Positions 9,583 through 20,084 of a stretch of DNA of 64,000 bases are shown here, piece after piece. Source of the DNA: an uncultured Erysipelotrichaceae bacterium (lineage in GTDB: Bacteria; Bacillota_I; Bacilli_A; RF39; UBA660); assembly GCA_902801525.1 (NCBI GenBank), contig CADCIN010000004.1, forward strand, positions 16,948-80,947, read 5' to 3'. Each line of letters starts with the position of its first letter. The stretch's first letter is position 1. Made by a program: the position numbers and the translations under genes. The notes under the pieces are model-generated. The model had not been told where the DNA came from and did no database searches. It worked only from the letters and a program-made list of their open reading frames with translations.

Positions 9583-10558
9583 TTAATATCTCCTCCTTGA
9601 AATTATTAAGTATATTAATTATATCATGAATATCAGTTGATTTACATATTATATTTCTAATTTTTGATGAACCTTTAATACCCTTTAAATACCAACTAAT
9701 ATGACTTCTAATTTCAAGACATGCAGTTTTCTCGCTTTTAAAATCACGTAAATAATTTAAATGCTTTAAACACATATCAATTCTTTCCTGAGGTGAGATG
9801 GTATCTTGATAATTACCATTGTTTAGAAAATCAATTGATTGTTTGATAAGCCATGGATTTCCAAGAACACCTCTTCCTATCATAACAGCATCACAATTAG
9901 TTTCCGCAAGCATTCTTTCTACATCAGCAACACATTTTATATCACCATTTCCAATTACAGGAATAGATACAGCATCTTTAACTTGCTTTATAATATTCCA
10001 ATCAGCTCTTCCACTATATCCTTGTTTTCTTGTTCTAGGATGTACACAAATAGCACTTGCACCAGCTTTTTCAATTACTTTAGCAACTTCAACAGCATTT
10101 ATATGTTGCTCATCCCAGCCACTTCTTATTTTTACAGTGACAGGAATAGGAACACATTCAGAAACAGCTTTAACAATTTCATAAATTTTTTCAGGTGACT
10201 TTAATAAAGCTGAACCAGCTTGAGCACGAACAGCAACTTTAGGAACTGGACAACCCATATTAATATCAATTATATCAGGATGCATATTTTTATAAATATA
10301 TTTAGCAGCTTCAACAAATGATTCTCTATCAGATCCAAAAATTTGTTGAGAAATAGGTCTTTCATTTTCAGTCATATAAAGCATATCAATAGTTTTTTTA
10401 TTACTATATGTAATAGCTTTATCACTTACCATTTCAGCATATATTAAACCACAGCCCATTTCTTTACAAATTCTACGAAATGCAGAATTACAAATACCAG
10501 CCATAGGCGCTAATACAATTTGATTACTAATTTTAACATTACCTATATACCACTTCAT
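9572..10558 (-). CDS. dusB: tRNA-dihydrouridine synthase B
   Basis: Dus family motifs (LAPMAGI, INMGCP, HPRTR). ATG (MKWYIG) preceded by GAGGTG. The ORF-track TTG start overlaps that RBS. Confidence 0.9.
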   Translation of the reverse strand: MKWYIGNVKISNQIVLAPMAGICNSAFRRICKEMGCGLIYAEMVSDKAITYSNKKTIDMLYMTENERPISQQIFGSDRESFVEAAKYIYKNMHPDIIDINMGCPVPKVAVRAQAGSALLKSPEKIYEIVKAVSECVPIPVTVKIRSGWDEQHINAVEVAKVIEKAGASAICVHPRTRKQGYSGRADWNIIKQVKDAVSIPVIGNGDIKCVADVERMLAETNCDAVMIGRGVLGNPWLIKQSIDFLNNGNYQDTISPQERIDMCLKHLNYLRDFKSEKTACLEIRSHISWYLKGIKGSSKIRNIICKSTDIHDIINILNNFKEEILNED

Positions 10559-10626
10559 ATATAAACACCTCAAAGCAACGATATTATACTATATATATGT
10601 AAAAATATCAAATAAAAAGATAAAAT

Positions 10627-11052
10627 CTACTTTTTATCTTTTAATAAATCTCTAATTTCTTCAAGTAATATAGCTTCATCACTTCTAGATGCTTCTTCAA
10701 CAACAGGTTCTTCTTGTTTCTTAAATTTTTCAAAGATTTTAATAACAACAAAAATTGAAAAAGAAATAATGAGAAAATCAACAATAGTTTGAATAAATAA
10801 CCCATATTTAATATGTGCATTTTGAACAGTAATAGATAATTCAGAAAAATCAAGTCCTCCTAATAAAATACCTATTAATGGCATTACTACATCACTAACT
10901 AAGCTAGAAACAATTTTACCAAAAGCACCACCAATAATTACACCGACAGCCATGTCAACAACATTACCTCTCGAAATAAAAACTTTAAAATCAGAAACAC
11001 CTTTTTTTAATTTTTTTACATTTTTTTTATGATCAATTTCAACTTTTTTCAT
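10627..11052 (-). CDS. mscL: Large-conductance mechanosensitive channel
   Basis: [24 protein letters not shown] signature. 141 aa. Confidence 0.92.
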   Translation of the reverse strand: MKKVEIDHKKNVKKLKKGVSDFKVFISRGNVVDMAVGVIIGGAFGKIVSSLVSDVVMPLIGILLGGLDFSELSITVQNAHIKYGLFIQTIVDFLIISFSIFVVIKIFEKFKKQEEPVVEEASRSDEAILLEEIRDLLKDKK

Positions 11053-11116
11053 AAAATACCTCCTTCCTATATTATAAAGTAAAATAAATAAAAAACAATA
11101 AAAAAGAAGAAATTAA

Positions 11117-13129
11117 TTATTTCTTCTCTTCCTTAGATTCTTCTATTTTAGAATCCTTTTTTTTATAATTTAATTTATTGATTAATTCTGCTTTATTCAT
11201 TTTGGAATAATTTTTAATATTCTTCTCTTTAGCAATTTCTTTTAATCTTGTTAAGGACATTTCTTCATAACTATTAACATCTTCTGGCATATGACCATTT
11301 TTTACTAAGTAATCTATTTGTTCTTTAGTAAGAGTTTCATATTCTAATAAAGCTTCAGCAATTAATTTAAGTAAATCTTTATTTTTAGTAATAATATTTT
11401 TAGCATCTTCATGACATTGATTAATAATTTTTCTCATTTCCATATCAATTTCATTTGCTACTTCATTTGAAAAATGTTGTGGTTTATTATAATCACGTCC
11501 TAAAAATACACTACCGCTTTGCTGTTCTAATTGTAATGGACCTAAATCGCTCATACCATATTCAGTAACCATAGCTCTAACAATTTTAGTAGCTTTTTCA
11601 AAATCATTATGAGCACCTGTAGTAATTTCTCCAAAAATAATTTCTTCAGCAGTACGTCCACCAAGTAAACCAGTAATTTCTTCTAATAAATCAGTTTTAG
11701 TTGAACATAATTTTTCAACACTTGGAACCATCATATTATAACCACCAGCAGAACCTCTTGGTATAATAGTAACTTTTTGAACATCATTAGCATTTTCTAG
11801 CTTTAATCCAATAACAGCATGACCTGCTTCATGATAAGCAACCAATTTTCTATCAGCTTCACTATATTTATGAGAAGTTTTAGCAGGTCCCATAAGAACT
11901 CTATCAGTAGCTTCATCAATTTCACTCATTGTAATAACATCTTTATTTCTTCTAACTGCTAATAAAGCAGCTTCGTTTAATAAATTTTCTAAATCAGCAC
12001 CACTAAATCCAGGTGTACGTTTAGCTAAATTTTCTAAAGTAATACCATCAGCTAACTTTTTGTTTTTAGCATGAACAGCAAGAATTTCCTCACGTCCACG
12101 AACATCAGGTAGATTAACAGTAACTTGTCTATCAAATCTACCTGGTCTAAGTAACGCAGGATCCAAAACATCTGGTCTATTTGTTGCAGCTATAATTATA
12201 ATACCTTCATTAGCACCAAAACCATCCATTTCAGTTAATAATTGGTTAAGAGTTTGTTCACGTTCATCATGACCACCGCCTAAACCAGTACCTCTTTGTC
12301 TACCAACAGCATCAATTTCATCAATAAAAATTAAACAAGGAGCATTACGTTTAGCTTGTTGAAACATATCTCTAACACGACTTGCACCAACACCAACGAA
12401 TAATTCAACGAAGTCAGAACCACTTATAAAATAAAATGGTACATTAGCTTCTCCAGCAACAGCTCTAGCAAGTAAAGTTTTACCAGTACCTGGAGGACCA
12501 AATAATAATACACCCTTAGGTATTCTTGCACCTAATTTTTGGAATTTTTTGGGATTCTTTAAAAAATCAATCAACTCAGCAACTTCTTCTTTTTCTTCCT
12601 TTAAACCAGCAACATTCTTAAATGTAACTTTGTTTTTATCAGAACTTAATTTTGCTTTACTCTTACCAAAATCTAATGAATTTTTATTGCCAGCCATTTG
12701 CTTATTTAAAAATAAGAAAGCAAGACCAATTGTTAAAACAAAAGGTAAAACATTAACAATAATTAAAATTAATGATGAAGAATCAGGATCAGCTTTTGTT
12801 GTAAACTTAAAGTTTTGACTTTCACTGGCAGAAACAATCTTCTTCATTACTTCATCACTAAGAGGTACTCTAGCAAAAAAACTTTGATTATCTTTATAAT
12901 TATCTAATTTACCTCTTAATTCATAAATTACACCACTATTTCTAGGAGTTAATTCCATCTCAACAATTTCACCATTATTAAGTTTACTCATAAATTCATC
13001 ATAAGTTAAAACTTTAACATTATTATTTAATACATTAAAAATATAAAAAATTGTAAGAAAAATAACCGCTAGAAAAACATAAGGTAATAAACCCTTTTTT
13101 ATTACTTTTTTATCTACTTTTTTATTCAC
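11117..13129 (-). CDS. ftsH: ATP-dependent zinc metalloprotease FtsH with C-terminal Rho_N/SAP-like tail
   Basis: Walker [12 protein letters not shown] region and HEAGHA zinc motif. C-terminal [30 protein letters not shown]. Confidence 0.95.
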   Translation of the reverse strand: MNKKVDKKVIKKGLLPYVFLAVIFLTIFYIFNVLNNNVKVLTYDEFMSKLNNGEIVEMELTPRNSGVIYELRGKLDNYKDNQSFFARVPLSDEVMKKIVSASESQNFKFTTKADPDSSSLILIIVNVLPFVLTIGLAFLFLNKQMAGNKNSLDFGKSKAKLSSDKNKVTFKNVAGLKEEKEEVAELIDFLKNPKKFQKLGARIPKGVLLFGPPGTGKTLLARAVAGEANVPFYFISGSDFVELFVGVGASRVRDMFQQAKRNAPCLIFIDEIDAVGRQRGTGLGGGHDEREQTLNQLLTEMDGFGANEGIIIIAATNRPDVLDPALLRPGRFDRQVTVNLPDVRGREEILAVHAKNKKLADGITLENLAKRTPGFSGADLENLLNEAALLAVRRNKDVITMSEIDEATDRVLMGPAKTSHKYSEADRKLVAYHEAGHAVIGLKLENANDVQKVTIIPRGSAGGYNMMVPSVEKLCSTKTDLLEEITGLLGGRTAEEIIFGEITTGAHNDFEKATKIVRAMVTEYGMSDLGPLQLEQQSGSVFLGRDYNKPQHFSNEVANEIDMEMRKIINQCHEDAKNIITKNKDLLKLIAEALLEYETLTKEQIDYLVKNGHMPEDVNSYEEMSLTRLKEIAKEKNIKNYSKMNKAELINKLNYKKKDSKIEESKEEKK

Positions 13130-13140
13130 AGTTTTTCCTC

Positions 13141-14457
13141 CTATCTGTATTTCATTATTATATCATAACTTTCATTCTTGTTTTTGTCAAATTTAGATTT
13201 TTTAATACCTGGAATCCAAATAACTTTACCAGAAGAATCGACAACAATAGGCCAAAAATCTCTATCAGAAACTTTAATTTTTTTATCAATAAATATATCT
13301 TTAATTTTTCTAGAACCATTTAACCCTTTAACAGAAATTCTATCACCAAATTTTCTTGTTCTAATAATAAGTGGTAATTTAACATCTTTACTATTAATTC
13401 TACATATATTATTACTATTATTATCTACAGAATCAACCTTTTCAATAATATGTCCATTAGGAAGTTTAGCAAATGTATTAAATTCAATTTCATAAGATAA
13501 TATTTCATCAGAACTCTTTCTAAGCTCTAACTCATTATAATTTCTAATAGCAATAACTTCATTTGGTAAATTAATATAACCATTAACTTTTCTTCCATGA
13601 ATTAAATCGTTAATAAGTTTAACATGTCTATCATTAATTAAAATTAAATCATCACTATAAAAATCACTCATTAGATAATATAAAATTTCTTTTTGAATAA
13701 AACAATCTAATTTAAAGAACTTACTTATAAGAATTTTTTTATTAACGTAAACGTTTTTTAAAGCCTTGTTTCTCTCCTTAACAATATAATTATTAACTTC
13801 ATCTAAATTTTCACTAAATTTAACGTATTTTAAATGAATATTTTTATCTTCATTTTTAAGGAAAGGTAAAACATGTCTTCTATATCTATTTCTAGTATAA
13901 TTTTCATCAGAATTAGAAGCATCAACATAATAATATATATGATTTTTTCTATTATATTCAACTAATTGTTCTTTTGTAAAATAAATAAGTGGTCTTACAA
14001 TTTTATAATTTCCCATATCAACAACTTTATGAAATCCACCATAACCAGATAAATTGGATCCTCTAGATATTCTCATTAGAATAGTTTCAATCAAATCGTC
14101 TCCATGATGAGCAGTCATTAAATAATTAGCATTGTATTTATTAACAAGTTTTTCAAAAAAGTTATATCTAATATTTCTAGCTTCATTTTCAAAATTATCG
14201 TCACCATATTTTTCAATTGTCATAGTTTCAAATACCAAATTATTAGAATTACAATAATTTTGCATATATTCTGCCTCTTCATAACTTTGACTACGTACAT
14301 TATGATTAACATGAGCAATTACTATATATAAATTATATTTTTTACGAATTTTTAAAAGCATGTCGACTAAGGCCATGGAATCAGGTCCAGTTGAGCAACC
14401 AACAACAATAATATCATTATTATTAAAATTAAAACATTTTTCAATATTTAATTCCAT
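13141..14457 (-). CDS. tilS: tRNA(Ile)-lysidine synthetase
   Basis: PP-loop VGCSTGPDSMAL. TilS C-terminal domain. ATG (MELNIEK) preceded by GGAGG. Confidence 0.9.
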   Translation of the reverse strand: MELNIEKCFNFNNNDIIVVGCSTGPDSMALVDMLLKIRKKYNLYIVIAHVNHNVRSQSYEEAEYMQNYCNSNNLVFETMTIEKYGDDNFENEARNIRYNFFEKLVNKYNANYLMTAHHGDDLIETILMRISRGSNLSGYGGFHKVVDMGNYKIVRPLIYFTKEQLVEYNRKNHIYYYVDASNSDENYTRNRYRRHVLPFLKNEDKNIHLKYVKFSENLDEVNNYIVKERNKALKNVYVNKKILISKFFKLDCFIQKEILYYLMSDFYSDDLILINDRHVKLINDLIHGRKVNGYINLPNEVIAIRNYNELELRKSSDEILSYEIEFNTFAKLPNGHIIEKVDSVDNNSNNICRINSKDVKLPLIIRTRKFGDRISVKGLNGSRKIKDIFIDKKIKVSDRDFWPIVVDSSGKVIWIPGIKKSKFDKNKNESYDIIMKYR

Positions 14458-14499
14458 ATTTACCTCCAATTAAAAACAAAATAAAAGAGAAATTTAGAC

Positions 14500-14808
14500 C
14501 TAATCCTTTGATTCAGGCATCCTCAATATAATTTCTCCATCTTTTGAATATAAATATTTTTCTCTAGCATAACGAGCAATGTAATCTGGATCCTGTAACT
14601 TTTTTGCATCACTTTTTAATATTGCTTCTTTTTCTTTTAATTTAGTATATTTAACACTAAGATGTTTCTTTTCTTGATATTTATCATATATTTCAACCCA
14701 ATATTTTCCAATAGTGAAAGTAGTAACTGAAATAATAACTAAAGAACCCATCCACAAAAATAAAATACGTCTATGTTTTTTCTTTTTCTTGGAAACTTTA
14801 GACATCAT
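14500..14808 (-). CDS. divIC: Septum formation initiator, DivIC/FtsB family
   Basis: Basic N-terminus, single TM, coiled coil, and the DPDYIARYAREKY motif. Follows yabP-yabQ as in Bacillus. Confidence 0.7.
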   Translation of the reverse strand: MMSKVSKKKKKHRRILFLWMGSLVIISVTTFTIGKYWVEIYDKYQEKKHLSVKYTKLKEKEAILKSDAKKLQDPDYIARYAREKYLYSKDGEIILRMPESKD

Positions 14809-14884
14809 TACACCTACCCTTCTAATATATATTATATTTTTTTACGAGAATCAATCAATAAATTTATTAAAATAATAAAAAATT

Positions 14885-15151
14885 TTACACTTTTTTTGAC
14901 AATAAATAAAAAATAAGACAACCAAATATAAAAAAAGAAAAAAAATAGATATGAAAATACCCATAATTAATTATAAACAAAAATAAAAAATAAAGTAATG
15001 AAGAAAGAATAAAAAAAGCAAAGTATAAAATATATTGATATAATTTTTTTAAATAATGTTTATGTATAAACTTATAATAAACACAAAAAAAGATAAATCC
15101 AAAGAAAAAAGAATACAAAATAGACTTTAATTGATATGATAAATTAATCAT
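14885..15151 (-). CDS. yabQ: Spore cortex biosynthesis protein YabQ-like small membrane protein
   Basis: 88 aa, very hydrophobic. 4-nt overlap with yabP. Call rests on position only. Confidence 0.5.
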   Translation of the reverse strand: MINLSYQLKSILYSFFFGFIFFCVYYKFIHKHYLKKLYQYILYFAFFILSSLLYFLFLFIINYGYFHIYFFSFFIFGCLIFYLLSKKV

Positions 15152-15438
15152 TTAAAAAGTTTTCCTATAAAACCAGATGATTTATCATTTTTTTCAGACT
15201 CAATATAATTTATAGAATTAATAGTGCCAGATATTGAAATATTTCCTTGTAGAGTATCTAATTTAATAAGTTCAAGTTCTGATCCTTTAATCAATATAAA
15301 TCCCATAATAGATTCCAATAAAAACTGTTCATTATCAAAATTAACGATTTTTTTAACCCCACTAATATTTAGCTTCTTTCTTTCACATAAATTAATGCAA
15401 TGATTGTAATTATTAATACTTGAGTTTTGTATTTCCAT
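15148..15438 (-). CDS. yabP: Sporulation protein YabP
   Basis: The pattern ISGVKKI..F......E...G...I.G..L....L......I.G.I is typical of YabP. Synteny supports the call. Confidence 0.75.
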   Translation of the reverse strand: MEIQNSSINNYNHCINLCERKKLNISGVKKIVNFDNEQFLLESIMGFILIKGSELELIKLDTLQGNISISGTINSINYIESEKNDKSSGFIGKLFK

Positions 15439-15479
15439 ATAATTCCTCCTCAGTAAATTATATGAAAAAAAAAAAGCAA

Positions 15480-15749
15480 TTATGCTTCTTCTTCAGGTGC
15501 ATTTTTATATGCTTCTAAAATTGCCTCCTCAAACATTGATCTAACTTCTGGATTAATAGGATGAGCTATATCTCTATATCCTCCAGTAGCAGTCTTTCTA
15601 CTAGGCATTGCGATAAATAGACCGTTTTCTCCTTCAATAATACGAATATCGTGAACTGCAAAACTGTCATCTAAAACAACTGAAGCAATTCCTTTCATAC
15701 GAGATTCTTCTTTTTCAATCTTACGAACGTTTACTGATGTAATCTTCAT
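15480..15749 (-). CDS. spoVG: Septation/sporulation regulator SpoVG
   Basis: MKITSVNVRKI...GIASVVLDDSFAVHDIRIIEG..GLFIAMPSRK is near-canonical SpoVG. ATG preceded by GGAGG. Confidence 0.95.
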   Translation of the reverse strand: MKITSVNVRKIEKEESRMKGIASVVLDDSFAVHDIRIIEGENGLFIAMPSRKTATGGYRDIAHPINPEVRSMFEEAILEAYKNAPEEEA

Positions 15750-15833
15750 GTACAATCCTCCTTATAAAGTTTTCACTTTATAACTATATAATATAATAAT
15801 AAAAATTAAATTGCAACAAAAAAATGGAAACTA

Positions 15834-16049
15834 TTAACTAATTATTTCCAAATTTCCAATTAAAAAATCATTGTAACTAAAAGATTTTACATAATTTGAA
15901 TCTAACAATCTAATTGTAAATATAGCTGAGTATACATTATCAATTACCCCATTGAACTCCTCTACCTGATTTCTAGAACCATTAAATCTAAATTTTATTT
16001 GTTTTCCAACAAGTCTTTTAAGATTATTTCTAATATCGTTAAGCATCAT
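15834..16049 (-). CDS. veg: Veg protein (biofilm/sporulation-associated small protein)
   Basis: 71 aa. L.DI...L....GK........GSRN......G.I...Y...F matches the Veg family. Lies next to yabG as in Bacillus. Confidence 0.8.
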   Translation of the reverse strand: MMLNDIRNNLKRLVGKQIKFRFNGSRNQVEEFNGVIDNVYSAIFTIRLLDSNYVKSFSYNDFLIGNLEIIS

Positions 16050-16831
16050 CTTGGATACCCCACATACATAGTACCATTAGTAATAATACCACCAATGCCG
16101 TCTTTACCATATTTAGTTTTTTCAATAAGTTTCACAACATCAAGATTCTTATTTTTTTCAGATAAAGCAACTGATGAAGCAACTATAGCAGGATCTAAAG
16201 CATGTAAATTAATTCGCTTTGGACTAGAAGAAAAATTAGCACCAGCTTTAATTAAATCTTCATAGTCAGACTGACAAGCTCCTGCAATTATAATAAGTTT
16301 GTCTTGGTTTTTTTCATATTTTCTAGCTTCAATAACAGCATTATAAAAATTAAGAGAATTCTGATAATTATTAATATTATTCTTATCATTGCTAGATTTA
16401 TTATAGGCATCATGACCAGTAATAACCAAAATATCTGGTTTATATTCTACAAGTAAACTATATATTTTTTTTGATATTAGATCCTCATTTATATTAAAAC
16501 CATTAGCTTTAACACCGACACCATCATAAAACTTCATACATCTATTTAAATATTCAGGATCTCCATCAATATGAAGAATTCTACCTGGTAAATAAAAAAA
16601 ATTACTTCTATCAATATTTAAATCTTTAATACTTCTCTGCATAATATCTTTATCATAAATATTGTTGTTACATTCTTTTTCAAGTTTTAAGTCATCCACA
16701 GAAGAATCTGCAAATAATCTATAATCAACCCCCTTTAAAAATACTACATTATTTTCTATTTCTACTATTTTGAAAATAATATCATTATTATGAGAATTTC
16801 TTGAAACATAATTGCCAATATTAAATGTCAT
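16046..16831 (-). CDS. yabG: Sporulation-specific peptidase YabG
   Basis: Long collinear matches to B. subtilis YabG: PDILVITGHDAY, IIAGACQS, LIKAGANFSSSPKRINLHALDP. Confidence 0.9.
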   Translation of the reverse strand: MTFNIGNYVSRNSHNNDIIFKIVEIENNVVFLKGVDYRLFADSSVDDLKLEKECNNNIYDKDIMQRSIKDLNIDRSNFFYLPGRILHIDGDPEYLNRCMKFYDGVGVKANGFNINEDLISKKIYSLLVEYKPDILVITGHDAYNKSSNDKNNINNYQNSLNFYNAVIEARKYEKNQDKLIIIAGACQSDYEDLIKAGANFSSSPKRINLHALDPAIVASSVALSEKNKNLDVVKLIEKTKYGKDGIGGIITNGTMYVGYPR

Positions 16832-16879
16832 ATATTATCTCCCTCCACAAAAATTTATGCAAAAAAAAAAGAAAATATT

Positions 16880-17674
16880 CTAACTTAATGCATTAGATAT
16901 TTCCACAAAGATATTTGTATCAATTTGTTCGGCTCTACAAGATAAATCTAAATCATATTTTTTTAAAATAGATTCAATAATGTTTAAATCATATTTTTTT
17001 AAATTATTTTTGATATTCTTTCTCTTAAATTGAAAACTATCTTTTATTAATTTTTGAAAAAAATCAAAATCTTTAACTAAAGTTTGATTAACTTTGGGAG
17101 TAAGAGAAACAACTTCGCTATCCACATTAGGTTCAGGAATAAATTCTTCTCTAGGAACAAATAATTCATTTTTAATATCAAAAAAATAATTTAAAAAAAC
17201 AGTAATTGAACCATACTCCTTACAATTAGAAGAAGCTGAAAATCTATCTGCAACTTCTTTTTGAACCATCATAACAATCTTCTCAAAATGTAAACCAGTA
17301 TCGATTAGTTTTTGCAAAATTGGAGTAGTAATATAATATGGCACATTACTAACAAAATATAAATTATCATAATCATATTTACTAATATCATCTACTAAGT
17401 CAGAATATAAAAAATCTTTAAATAAAAAATCAACATTTCTATTACAAAACATATTTTCTAAACGATTTTTTAAATCTAAATCTAATTCATACGCTAAAAC
17501 TCTATCTGAAGTTAAAGATAAAGCATTAGTTAATATACCTGCTCCAGGACCTACCTCAATAACTAAAGAATTATTTTTAATTTCACTAATTTCTACAATT
17601 TTATTAACAATTCTATCATCTTTCAAAAAATTTTGTCCTAAAGACTTTTTAAATTTATGATTAATTTTCTCCAT
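16880..17674 (-). CDS. rsmA: 16S rRNA (adenine1518/1519-N6)-dimethyltransferase
   Basis: KSLGQNFL start, SAM motif EVGPGAGILT, and NVPYYITTPI. Confidence 0.92.
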   Translation of the reverse strand: MEKINHKFKKSLGQNFLKDDRIVNKIVEISEIKNNSLVIEVGPGAGILTNALSLTSDRVLAYELDLDLKNRLENMFCNRNVDFLFKDFLYSDLVDDISKYDYDNLYFVSNVPYYITTPILQKLIDTGLHFEKIVMMVQKEVADRFSASSNCKEYGSITVFLNYFFDIKNELFVPREEFIPEPNVDSEVVSLTPKVNQTLVKDFDFFQKLIKDSFQFKRKNIKNNLKKYDLNIIESILKKYDLDLSCRAEQIDTNIFVEISNALS

Positions 17675-17722
17675 AAAATCACCAAAACAAATATAACATA
17701 ATTTTAAGAATATGTAAAAAAA

Positions 17723-18361
17723 TTAAATAATTTCTAATTTATCATCACTATTATGATTTTTATTTCTTATCTTTCCTATTAAAAACATAATAAACCTATA
17801 AATATCATAAGAAGTAATAACTAAAGAAGAGAAAATTATAACTATAATCCAAAGTGAAGATTGTGATAGCAGATATTTAATAGTCCCAATTTTCGGAAAT
17901 CTAAATAATACCTTACCATAAATATCAGAATAAGAAGTTATAGATAAATCATACATCTTATTAGAATCACCTTTTGTTTTAAAAATTGTTTTTCCATGAT
18001 TATTGGTATAAATATCTACAACTCTATGTGTTATAACAAGACCAGAATATCTAGGATCATTTGAAACAAAAGTAATTATATCACCAACTTTTATTTTATC
18101 TTTGTTAACCCTTTTAATTAATACAGCATCATCTACATTTATATTTGGAACCATACTATTTGTAATTATAATATAAGTATTAAATAAAGGTGGTTTATAA
18201 GTATGATTTTTTAAATTCTTAAACATATCAAAAAAATAAAATAAATAGAGAAATAATGCCGTACTTAAAATAACAATAAAAAAATAGAAAATAGTTTTAG
18301 TCATATAATTAAAAAAACTAAGAATATTAACTTTAATCCTATTTATATTATTAACTTTCAT
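17723..18361 (-). CDS. sipW: Type I signal peptidase, SipW (ER/archaeal) subtype
   Basis: Aligns with B. subtilis SipW: TNSMVP (catalytic Ser), GDIITF, ITHRVVDI (His), FKTKGDSN. An alternative TTG start lies four codons upstream (18373). Confidence 0.75.
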   Translation of the reverse strand: MKVNNINRIKVNILSFFNYMTKTIFYFFIVILSTALFLYLFYFFDMFKNLKNHTYKPPLFNTYIIITNSMVPNINVDDAVLIKRVNKDKIKVGDIITFVSNDPRYSGLVITHRVVDIYTNNHGKTIFKTKGDSNKMYDLSITSYSDIYGKVLFRFPKIGTIKYLLSQSSLWIIVIIFSSLVITSYDIYRFIMFLIGKIRNKNHNSDDKLEII

Positions 18362-18406
18362 TTTTATCACCAACTAAAATATATTTATAAAGGAAAAAAA
18401 AGAATA

Positions 18407-18985
18407 TTAACTTTCTTTTCCACTAATCTTAACAGATAAACCAAAGTATTTACCTAAATAATCAGTAGATGTATTAGAAACCCATATTCTAAGTCTGTAT
18501 TTATCATTGCTACTTTTAATTTTAGAACTATTATAAATTACCATATTAGATGAAGATTTCTTTGAATCAAAAGTAATTGGTTTAACAACAGTTTCATAAG
18601 TACCATTTTTTTGCTTTTGTAAATATACTTTTACATCTTTATCTGCAAGTGTTGAACTTGCATCTTTTACTAAAGAAATTTTATAATCTACTTTTCTATT
18701 ACCAACTATTTTAGTAGAAATAGTAAAATCAAAATACTTATCTTTACCAGCTAAAATCATTCCATCACTATCATTTAACGGATTTTCATTATTTAACTTC
18801 AAACCATTGTAATTGCTTGAATATGTCATTGAAACTTTTCCATAACCAGAATTTTCTTCAATCATTTTATTTTGATTTTTATTAAATTTAGAAAAAGCAA
18901 ATGCAATTAATATTATAACAAATAGTGTAATTATACCAATAATAATATAAAATTTAACCCCAAAATTTTCTTTTTTTTTGCTCAT
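18407..18985 (-). CDS. Hypothetical secreted or N-terminally anchored beta-rich protein
   Basis: ATG (MSKKKENFG) preceded by GGAGG. Basic N-terminus plus hydrophobic segment ending AFAFS, followed by ~150 aa rich in alternating polar/hydrophobic residues. I recognise no family. Confidence 0.5.
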   Translation of the reverse strand: MSKKKENFGVKFYIIIGIITLFVIILIAFAFSKFNKNQNKMIEENSGYGKVSMTYSSNYNGLKLNNENPLNDSDGMILAGKDKYFDFTISTKIVGNRKVDYKISLVKDASSTLADKDVKVYLQKQKNGTYETVVKPITFDSKKSSSNMVIYNSSKIKSSNDKYRLRIWVSNTSTDYLGKYFGLSVKISGKES

Positions 18986-19041
18986 ATATGCCTCCATATT
19001 ATATATAAAATAATACAATAAAATAGAGAATAATTCAATAT

Positions 19042-19794
19042 TTAATTTATATTAAATATTTCATAGGTATTATTTAATATAGTTTTTGATAAATCCTGTA
19101 TACTAATATTTTTTATTTCCGCAACTTTTTCCGCAATAATAGGAATATATTTAGAACTATTTACTTTTTCTCTATAAGGAACAGGTGTAAGATATGGACT
19201 ATCTGTTTCCAATACAATGTTCTTAACATCTATTTTCTCAAGGGTTTCTGATAATTTACAATTTTTAAAAGTTAAAACTCCACCAATTCCAAGTTTAAAA
19301 CCCATTTTAATATAAGAACTTGCAGTTTCTAAACTGCCATTAAAGCAGTGAATCACACCTTTAACTTTAAATTTCTTTAAACAATTAATAGTATCTTGTG
19401 TTGCTTCACGACTATGAATAACAACAGGTAAATTAAGTTTTTCAGCAATAGCTAATTGTCTTTCGAAAAGCTCAATTTGCTCTTTCCTATCATCACCATA
19501 ATGATAATCAAGTCCAATTTCACCAACACCAATAATTTTTTTATTATTAGAAATTAAATTTTCCAATAAATCAAAATCAATACTATCAAGCAAATTAGCC
19601 TCACTAGGATGATAACCAATAGTAGCATATATACAATCGTATTTATCAATTAATTCTAAGCTTTCTTTAATTGAGTTATCATCACAACCAGAAACTATCA
19701 TTTTAAATACATCATGTTTATTATTTTCCAAGATTACCTCATCAATATTTTCATAATAATCAGTAGAAATATGACAATGAGTGTCTATAAACAT
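19042..19794 (-). CDS. tatD: TatD-family metal-dependent deoxyribonuclease (YabD)
   Basis: FIDTHCH start, GEIGLDY, VIHSR, and ETDSPYL. Confidence 0.9.
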   Translation of the reverse strand: MFIDTHCHISTDYYENIDEVILENNKHDVFKMIVSGCDDNSIKESLELIDKYDCIYATIGYHPSEANLLDSIDFDLLENLISNNKKIIGVGEIGLDYHYGDDRKEQIELFERQLAIAEKLNLPVVIHSREATQDTINCLKKFKVKGVIHCFNGSLETASSYIKMGFKLGIGGVLTFKNCKLSETLEKIDVKNIVLETDSPYLTPVPYREKVNSSKYIPIIAEKVAEIKNISIQDLSKTILNNTYEIFNIN

Positions 19795-20084
19795 AATATC
19801 TCCCCCTACTACAAATTAATGAAATTTTTTCCAACTATAAATTTTTATTCTAGTATAATAGACAGAAATAATAATCAAAAATAAAATATCCAAATAATTA
19901 TTTTATTTTAAAATATAAACCAAAATAAATAAAGACAAAAATATAAAAACTTTAACAATGGAAAAATCATTTATTGATTTATTAAACATAAAATCTCATT
20001 TTTTTACTACAACAAAAAAAATATATCACACAAAAAAAAGAAAAAAAATAATTATTGAAAATTATTTTTTTATTTTACGTAAAA

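Noticed and set aside
9819-10198. Two overlapping plus-strand ORFs (121 and 119 aa).
   Set aside because: Both are antisense to dusB, whose Dus motifs are unambiguous. They are shadow ORFs.
12549-13495. Plus-strand ORFs 12549-12818 and 13178-13495.
   Set aside because: They are antisense to ftsH and tilS respectively, and have no start context or recognisable domains.
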